49,690 bases of DNA from a virus. Its lineage: Duplodnaviria; Caudoviricetes. Shown here piece after piece: positions 43,959 through 49,690 of this stretch. The notes under the pieces were generated by a model. It was not told where the DNA came from, did not search any database, and saw only the letters and a program-made list of their open reading frames with translations. Every line of letters begins with the position of its first letter. The stretch's first letter is position 1. Made by a program: the position numbers and the translations under genes. The stretch spans positions 1-49,690 of the IMG/VR virus record IMGVR_UViG_3300027707_000027. One strand, written 5' to 3'.

Positions 43959-44582
43959 CTAACCAACAAGGAACTTGACTGCATCAATTACAGTCCAAGA
44001 TTGTCCTGCCGCAACCGGTTTTTCTGCGAGCGGTCTATCAGCCCAATTAAATCTTCCAACTTGTTGTCCATCTCGGCTTATGAGGAATTTTTCATTGTTG
44101 TGTGGGATTCTCATTATTGCCTGTCCAGCAAGATTCTGTCCAGCGGCTGCACCGTCAGAGCCGTCGGCTTTATTGTCGTCGAAAGAACGAACAGTATCCC
44201 CCTTCATGAAACTCCATATTTTGTGCTCGTCTGGACCGTTGACATCAACTTTTTCCGTTATGGGGAAGGTGACAAATGGGTATGCTTCTGAAACAAATTT
44301 TGCTATTTCCTCATTGCCCATCGGGTCCATTTCGCTAAATTGATTGCACGGAAAAGCCACAACGCTAAAACCTTTGTCTTCAAACATTTCGTGAAGCATT
44401 TGTAATTCCCATAGTTGTCTTGCTGCTCTTGCGTAAGACCAAACAGGACTACATTTTGGTGTGTATCCAGCCTTGGTGGCAATGTTTGTAAACAGGCATA
44501 CCTTCCCACGAACCGAGTCGAGCAGATTGGTGGACCCGTCAATGGAATTAATTGAAATATCAAATATTGAACGATTGGTCAT
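43959..44582 (-). CDS. Glutathione peroxidase-like protein with an atypical active site
   Basis: SIFDI, GKVCLFTNIATKAG, GFSVVAFPCNQF, VTFPITEKVDVNG and NEKFLISRDG. Confidence 0.85.
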   Translation of the reverse strand: MTNRSIFDISINSIDGSTNLLDSVRGKVCLFTNIATKAGYTPKCSPVWSYARAARQLWELQMLHEMFEDKGFSVVAFPCNQFSEMDPMGNEEIAKFVSEAYPFVTFPITEKVDVNGPDEHKIWSFMKGDTVRSFDDNKADGSDGAAAGQNLAGQAIMRIPHNNEKFLISRDGQQVGRFNWADRPLAEKPVAAGQSWTVIDAVKFLVG

Positions 44583-44878
44583 ACTTTTACTCCGTTTATT
44601 TCGACGGTAACGTACTTGTCAATCTCAACAAATCCTTTTAGTATTTTGCCAACCGATTGAAACTTGCAGTGAAAATCAACACTCATAGGGATATCTGTGT
44701 GCCCACACAGGTCAACGTCAACCGTATCCCCTACGGAGTTAATTATGGCTCCAGAAAATTCAACTACACCCTTGTCGTGGGATATTGAGCCAGAGCCGTC
44801 ATCGTTCAGGCCGATGACATACGACTCCTTACCCAGTGGGGATGTTGCACTTACCGACCAAGTTCCTAGAGATTTCAT
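44579..44878 (-). CDS. Hypothetical beta-rich protein
   Basis: GTWSVSATSPLG... 99 aa; TGC-TAACAT-N6-ATG promoter. Confidence 0.65.
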   Translation of the reverse strand: MKSLGTWSVSATSPLGKESYVIGLNDDGSGSISHDKGVVEFSGAIINSVGDTVDVDLCGHTDIPMSVDFHCKFQSVGKILKGFVEIDKYVTVEINGVKV

Positions 44879-44916
44879 GAGGGTATGTTAGCACTAGTCC
44901 GTATAGCAACAGCCGA

Positions 44917-45831
44917 CTAACGTGAGCGACGTTTCCATGGTTTTCCAGTGAATCGCCCCACGCAAACTGCTTTGTTTTTGTCTAAGTCATCCAGTATTTC
45001 AAAGTGGAGTTTTCGAAGATATGAAGATGGAACGGATGGATAAAGATGATGTTCTAGGTGAAAGTCTATTCCCTTTACAATCGAGAACCTATTCAAGAAT
45101 GGCGTTATTTGGTCGCGAGTATTATTGTATCTTGTTGATTTTTCAGACCTATGCGGCAACCACATAAAAACTACCATCAGGATATAGCGGTTTAAGATGT
45201 AAGGAAAAAATATCAACCAAAAACCATATTTCCCATAGCCAGCGAATATGGTAGCAAGGACAATAAAATGCGTTATTCTTACCTGGTTGTCCGTATACAT
45301 TAATGTTCCATTGTTTTTTCGGAACTCCCATTTTTTCATTATGTGTGCTGGAAGCTTTTTCTCAACAAAGGCTCCGAGCAATGGGGTTGCTAGGACGGTT
45401 CGAAGAAAATACGATAGAACAAAGTATTTATTTATTAATCTAAACGATAGATTTGGCAAGAAATCCGGGTCAGAGCCTCGTACATTTGTATTTTTATGGT
45501 GCTCAAGATGCATTTTTGTAAACGAACCATAGGACATTTGTGTTAGGAATGCTGACACATTACCAATAGTCACATCTATCCATCTATATTTTTTTATATT
45601 CAGTGAAAAATGACGATGACCAGCCTCGTGCACTGAGTTGAACAATATCAAGTAAGACAAACACATGATTAGAGAGCCAAAAAATAATGATACAAAATCG
45701 CCAAGCGTAAGCACAATGGCCCCAACATAGAGCACCAAACCAGTTAGCCACTCGGCAAAAATTGGTTTACAAAACCTATTTGTATACTTTGCGGTTATGT
45801 CGGTTGATTTTTTTGGCACAATACCCAGCAT
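44917..45831 (-). CDS. Membrane fatty-acid desaturase/carotenoid hydroxylase (CrtR-like) family di-iron enzyme
   Basis: His boxes HEAGH, HLEHH...DPD and FHLEHHLYPSVP plus hydrophobic helices; start taken at ATG 45831 to avoid overlap. Confidence 0.88.
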   Translation of the reverse strand: MLGIVPKKSTDITAKYTNRFCKPIFAEWLTGLVLYVGAIVLTLGDFVSLFFGSLIMCLSYLILFNSVHEAGHRHFSLNIKKYRWIDVTIGNVSAFLTQMSYGSFTKMHLEHHKNTNVRGSDPDFLPNLSFRLINKYFVLSYFLRTVLATPLLGAFVEKKLPAHIMKKWEFRKNNGTLMYTDNQVRITHFIVLATIFAGYGKYGFWLIFFPYILNRYILMVVFMWLPHRSEKSTRYNNTRDQITPFLNRFSIVKGIDFHLEHHLYPSVPSSYLRKLHFEILDDLDKNKAVCVGRFTGKPWKRRSR

Positions 45832-45847
45832 GTATTTCAGAACGAGA

Positions 45848-46636
45848 CTATGGAGTCTTGAAGTATATTCCCTCGCCCCACTTAGCAAAAACATCAGAAT
45901 GTTTTTCGACCATTTCATCACGAATGGTTCCGGACTGTTCATAAAGCTCCCTATCTTCAGGCTTGACATCTGGATTTGAGAACATATTGCAGTAATGCCC
46001 GATAAGTGATTTTCTTGTTAGGCCCCTATTGACTGGCATTGAACCTCTATGGACAAGATGGCCGTGCCAAATTATGACATCGCCCTTTTCGGCAATAAAT
46101 GGGAACGTAGTTGCATTCCGTTTATCTATTTCCTTTTGGAAGAAATCATGAGACGATAATCCTTCTCTGATTCTTCCCGGCTTACCAGGCTCAGTCAGGT
46201 ACAAGTCGTCCAAACTGCAATCCCAGTTATGCGAACCGGGGACTATCTCGAACGGACCGGCTTCAGGGCTGACATCCTCAAGAGCAACCCAGGCACCTTG
46301 GTAATTGTCTCCAGCTTCCTTGAATGTAAAAGCTGCATCTTGATGCCATCCCTGCTCAGTTGACGTAAAGTACGTGACGTTTTTATGAAGAGCTACTGCC
46401 TTGTTGACACCAACAAAAGTTCTAGCAATAGAGTCGTGGCAAAGAATGTCCATGATTTCTGGGTGGTCGAGGTATACATCAAAATCGTTACCCCATCCCT
46501 CCAGGTTGCCTCGTTCGTCCATTCGGTCTGCTACGTGCTTCAGCCAGAGCTGTTCGTAGTTCTCGATGAGGTCGTCAGGGATTGCTTTTTTTAGTAATAC
46601 GTAGCCATTTTCGTCGTAAAAGTCTTTAATGCTCAT
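45848..46636 (-). CDS. PhyH family Fe(II)/2OG oxygenase; paralogue of the 13082 gene
   Basis: WHQD, WVALED...GPFEIVPGSH, GDVIIWHGHLVHRGSMP...RKSLIGHY. Confidence 0.9.
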   Translation of the reverse strand: MSIKDFYDENGYVLLKKAIPDDLIENYEQLWLKHVADRMDERGNLEGWGNDFDVYLDHPEIMDILCHDSIARTFVGVNKAVALHKNVTYFTSTEQGWHQDAAFTFKEAGDNYQGAWVALEDVSPEAGPFEIVPGSHNWDCSLDDLYLTEPGKPGRIREGLSSHDFFQKEIDKRNATTFPFIAEKGDVIIWHGHLVHRGSMPVNRGLTRKSLIGHYCNMFSNPDVKPEDRELYEQSGTIRDEMVEKHSDVFAKWGEGIYFKTP

Positions 46637-46672
46637 GGACCAGATATTACACTAGGTTTGACCAATTTGGGG

Positions 46673-47428
46673 TCAACACCTTTTGTCGGCTGGAAGCTCC
46701 TGTTGCCCCACTACTTCTAGGTATGACTTCATTTTTGATAGTTCCATTTCGTACTGGGAGTGTTCTTCTTTGATGGACCAAGTTGAGGAAATCGTATAAC
46801 GGGTCTTTCCCGAAATTCTTGTTACCCCGTGAAGATGAGAATGGTTTGGGTCATGGGTAAAAATAGCGCCAGTTTTTGGGGTGTGCTCCCTGTCGTAATA
46901 AGGGTAGAAGGTGTGTCCGCCCTCGTAATCGTCGTTTAGGTACACCACACAACCAGCAACCCTGCTTAATTCTAGTACTTCATCTACGTGAACCATCTGA
47001 AAACTGTTTGGCGGCCACCTGACTATACCTATTTGGTCAGCATAACATTCAACATTAAAAGACCTTGAAACAAATTCTTTTATTTTTTGATGCACACTTA
47101 GCACCAATTTTATAGTCTCTATGCTTTGGTACTTATGCTTTGGGATGATATTTAGCAGTCCGATATTTCTCTCGCTCCAGAAGGGATGAGTAGTATTTAC
47201 TGGCCAATTACTTTCGGTTTGAGCTAGCCATACCAAGTACTCACACTCATCTGCGCTAAGAAGTCCTTCTTTGTAAAATATTTTTGGTGGTTCTACTTTT
47301 TTGACTATTTTGTATGGAAATCGTTTTTGGTCTAAATCTTTAAATTTTTTTGGTTTGTTGGTGTTTTCGTCTACAAATACACGGTGTTGTATGTTTTCTG
47401 ATGACAGTGTATTAAGAAAATCAAACAT
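46673..47428 (-). CDS. Fe(II)/2OG oxygenase, prolyl 4-hydroxylase-like
   Basis: HVD, YLNDDYEGGHTFYP, LHGV...TRYT. Confidence 0.9.
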   Translation of the reverse strand: MFDFLNTLSSENIQHRVFVDENTNKPKKFKDLDQKRFPYKIVKKVEPPKIFYKEGLLSADECEYLVWLAQTESNWPVNTTHPFWSERNIGLLNIIPKHKYQSIETIKLVLSVHQKIKEFVSRSFNVECYADQIGIVRWPPNSFQMVHVDEVLELSRVAGCVVYLNDDYEGGHTFYPYYDREHTPKTGAIFTHDPNHSHLHGVTRISGKTRYTISSTWSIKEEHSQYEMELSKMKSYLEVVGQQELPADKRC

Positions 47429-47443
47429 GCGAGTGTCTTGTAT

Positions 47444-47671
47444 TTACCACTTACCGAGCGGGCAAACCGCTGCAGGGAGTTTTACTTTGAGTTTCATAAA
47501 GCAACCACATTCCTTGCATTGTTTTGTGAGTTTCAACAAACTCGGACACGCTTCACATATCGCATATCGTGATGATGAAATGTCTTCGGATACATGTTCA
47601 ATGTTTGGGTTGACCACATCCCATGGGCGTGTGTCACCAAGTTTCTTTTTATATTCCTGCCAAGGGCTCAT
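47444..47671 (-). CDS. Small Cys-rich protein (DUF6171-like)
   Basis: RYAICEACP...CKECGCFM..K......CPLGKW. Confidence 0.75.
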   Translation of the reverse strand: MSPWQEYKKKLGDTRPWDVVNPNIEHVSEDISSSRYAICEACPSLLKLTKQCKECGCFMKLKVKLPAAVCPLGKW

Positions 47672-47673
47672 AC

Positions 47674-47922
47674 TTACTCACTTGGTGGAATAAACTGACC
47701 ACCTGTATATGTCCAACCAGTTTTGACGGCGAGTCTGTCGTCGCCCTCAAGGACAATTAATTTTGGGTCTGAGGAAGCGGCAGCGACCATCAATTGGGCT
47801 TGTATCGGGTACGGCACAACTATTGCAACCTCTTCGCCGATTACCCAAGAGACCCATACAAAGTTGTCTGGATTGTCTCGTGGGTAAATGTTGACTGGCT
47901 CGTTCATTTTTTTCCTTTCCAC
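47674..47922 (-). CDS. Small hypothetical protein (possible fibre-tip chaperone)
   Basis: C-terminal V..GWTY.GGQF..P motif common in small genes that follow phage fibre-tip genes. Confidence 0.6.
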   Translation of the reverse strand: MERKKMNEPVNIYPRDNPDNFVWVSWVIGEEVAIVVPYPIQAQLMVAAASSDPKLIVLEGDDRLAVKTGWTYTGGQFIPPSE

Positions 47923-47941
47923 ATAGGGTTATAAACACATA

Positions 47942-48691
47942 CTAGGTGCAGTAACAGTATAGATAGAGATTAAACTGACAACAACCATCTGAAGAGGTGT
48001 ACAATTCCCAATAGGAAAACCCTGGATTACCCGCACAAGAGATATATTCGTATCCTTGACCATCATTTTCGCAGTGTGGGGACCACGATTGAGAATTGCC
48101 GGTTGCACCAGTCCATACTCCTCCTGGTGGAGGTGACGAGTTGTATGCATTGCAATCTACGCCAGCACATGGGTCTATTGGTGGTGGTGGTGGTGGTGTT
48201 ACATATCCACATATACCGTTTCTATATGCTTGATTATATCCGCCTTCGCCTGGACAGCCAACTGCTCCGCAATACCAATATTCATAACTTAGAGTAGGGA
48301 CACTCGGGTCACATGAATATGACACTCCGTTCCAAGAACACGGTCCACAAGGTGGTGGCGGCGGCGGCGGCGGCGGAGGAGGAGGACCAGGCGCAACTGG
48401 TGTTACAGAACCAGAACTACTAGAACCCTTGCTGACCCCGTACCCAGTAACCGTAGTAACAGTAAATGTGTAAGCGGTTCCGTTGCTTAGACCAGTAACT
48501 GTTATTGGCGAAGTGCTGCCGCTTGCTGTTGCGCCCCCAGGGGATGCCGTAGCCACGTAGGTTGCAACCCCTTTTCCGTCGTATGCTGGGAGAGTAAACG
48601 AGACTGTTGCTTGCGCATTTCCTGCAGTTGCGGAAACAGATGTTGGCTCATCGGCGTACTTACCCTGACTTGATGTATTTCCAGGAATCAC
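47942..48691 (-). CDS. FN3-domain protein with poly-proline linkers and two Cys-rich domains
   Basis: PTSVSATAGNAQATVSF...SPITVTGLSNGTAYTFTV; Pro12 (48350-48385), Pro6 (48179-48196) and 14 Cys. GTG start at 48691 overlaps the upstream TGA. Confidence 0.85.
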   Translation of the reverse strand: MIPGNTSSQGKYADEPTSVSATAGNAQATVSFTLPAYDGKGVATYVATASPGGATASGSTSPITVTGLSNGTAYTFTVTTVTGYGVSKGSSSSGSVTPVAPGPPPPPPPPPPPPCGPCSWNGVSYSCDPSVPTLSYEYWYCGAVGCPGEGGYNQAYRNGICGYVTPPPPPPIDPCAGVDCNAYNSSPPPGGVWTGATGNSQSWSPHCENDGQGYEYISCAGNPGFSYWELYTSSDGCCQFNLYLYCYCT

Positions 48692-49689
48692 GATAAGCTC
48701 AAGTCGCCCATCAATATCCAAGTGTTGGCTGCGGCGCATTTCAATAAAGTTGCCGATGAATACGGTGCACGTAAATAGGCTCCTGGTGTTGCGTAAATTA
48801 TTACTGACCCCGAGGCACCGACAACTTGTGTTTTTCCCGAACCGTATTGAATGATGTGAATCTGCGCTCCTTCAGGAAATGTAACCGTTGAGTCAAGAGG
48901 AATAGTGACAGTATTTGCCGTGCTTGTTATGTTCATTTTAATGAACTTGTTTTTGTCTGTAAGTTGAAGTGTGTAGTTTCCTGTCTTTATATCAATCGTT
49001 GCGTCTGCTATCTTTCCTAGCGCTATTGCGGCGGCTGTATTGATGTCCGCATTGACGATAGTTCCATCAGCAATCATCGTTGAAGTGACTGTGCCGGTAT
49101 CGGCTGCAGTAATTGCAGTTCCGGAAATCTTTGATGCAGCAATAGCGGCAGATGAGTTGATGTCAGCATTGACAATTTTGTCGGCAGCAATTTGGACGTT
49201 TCCAGTAGAGTCGATTGTTACGTCTCCGGAAACAGTTGTTGCTGTTGGTACTCCACTAGAGCTGTGAACAACAATCTGTCCGCTGGTACCCGAAGCAAGC
49301 TTTGAAAGAGCAATTGCCGCAGCAGCGTTTATGTCAGCATCGACGATTGTTCCGTCAAGAATCTTTGCCGAAGTAACAGAACCATCAGCTATATCAGCAG
49401 CGATTATTGTTCCGTCCGCTATATGTGCCGCGGTTATCGCGTTGTCCGCAATTTTCGCCCCAGTTACAGCGTCGTCTGCAAGTTTTGCTGTGGTGATAGC
49501 GCCGTCCGCAACAGTGAACTGAGCAGAGTCCTGCCACTGCGTTCCATCATAAAATTGAATTAAATTTGAGAAATCGATATAGCAAATACGACCTTCCGAC
49601 AGGGTTGGCTGGTTAACTCCGCCAAATGCCGCATCCCTCGCAGCTGTGGTCGCAAAACGCGTAACCGCTTGGTCCATGAGGTATCCATT
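48688..49689 (-). CDS. Fibre/adaptor protein, N-terminus beyond the window end; paralogue of the 30227 gene
   Basis: The frame is open to the window edge (NGYLMDQAV..FAT.AARDAA); AKIADGAIT-type repeats; C-terminal YTL.L.DK.K...LRAPYSSATLLK.AAANTWILMGDL. Confidence 0.8.
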   Translation of the reverse strand, partial: NGYLMDQAVTRFATTAARDAAFGGVNQPTLSEGRICYIDFSNLIQFYDGTQWQDSAQFTVADGAITTAKLADDAVTGAKIADNAITAAHIADGTIIAADIADGSVTSAKILDGTIVDADINAAAAIALSKLASGTSGQIVVHSSSGVPTATTVSGDVTIDSTGNVQIAADKIVNADINSSAAIAASKISGTAITAADTGTVTSTMIADGTIVNADINTAAAIALGKIADATIDIKTGNYTLQLTDKNKFIKMNITSTANTVTIPLDSTVTFPEGAQIHIIQYGSGKTQVVGASGSVIIYATPGAYLRAPYSSATLLKCAAANTWILMGDLSLS

Positions 49690-49690
49690 A

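Noticed and set aside
43959-44582. Possible selenocysteine (TGA) in the GPx-like gene
   Set aside because: The catalytic-position codon is GCT (Ala) and the ORF has no in-frame TGA.
31756-47428. Island as a DNA hypermodification (TET/JBP-type) locus
   Set aside because: The oxygenases show prolyl-hydroxylase-like or PhyH motifs, no nucleotide kinase, thymidylate synthase or DNA methylase partner is seen, and the context is tail genes. It is not formally excluded without nucleoside analysis.
1-49690. Stop-codon reassignment or alternative genetic code
   Set aside because: Genes are full length and densely packed under the standard bacterial code, and TAA, TAG and TGA all act as stops.

Overview
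This 49.7-kb window looks like part of a large tailed dsDNA phage genome, probably with an actinobacterial host. The host inference rests on a WhiB regulator, an M15 endolysin and many leaderless TANNNT-N6-start promoters. No rRNA, tRNA, CRISPR array, integrase or capsid gene was recognised. Layout: (1) 1-6 kb, replication and regulatory genes: end of a replication protein, G39P-like helicase loader, two ribbon-helix-helix proteins, WhiB, a proteasome/HslV-like Ntn protease, a metallophosphoesterase and winged-helix proteins. (2) 6-15 kb, lysis genes, a 1481-aa membrane-anchored surface protein, and a glycosyltransferase/PhyH/methyltransferase trio facing a GPx-like gene. (3) 15-31.7 kb, a tail and fibre operon. 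(4) 31.7-47.4 kb, an enzyme island with 13 Fe(II)/2-oxoglutarate oxygenases plus sulfotransferase-, methyltransferase-, desaturase-, GPx- and dehydrogenase-like genes. The most notable structure is that two converging, paralogous cassettes bracket the island. Each cassette is a fibre/adaptor gene followed by an FN3 protein with a proline-rich tail; one tail is (PPFF)n and the other is poly-Pro plus Cys-rich domains. This suggests a phage-encoded system for post-translationally decorating proline-rich virion appendages. All family assignments come from motif recognition by eye, not database searches.
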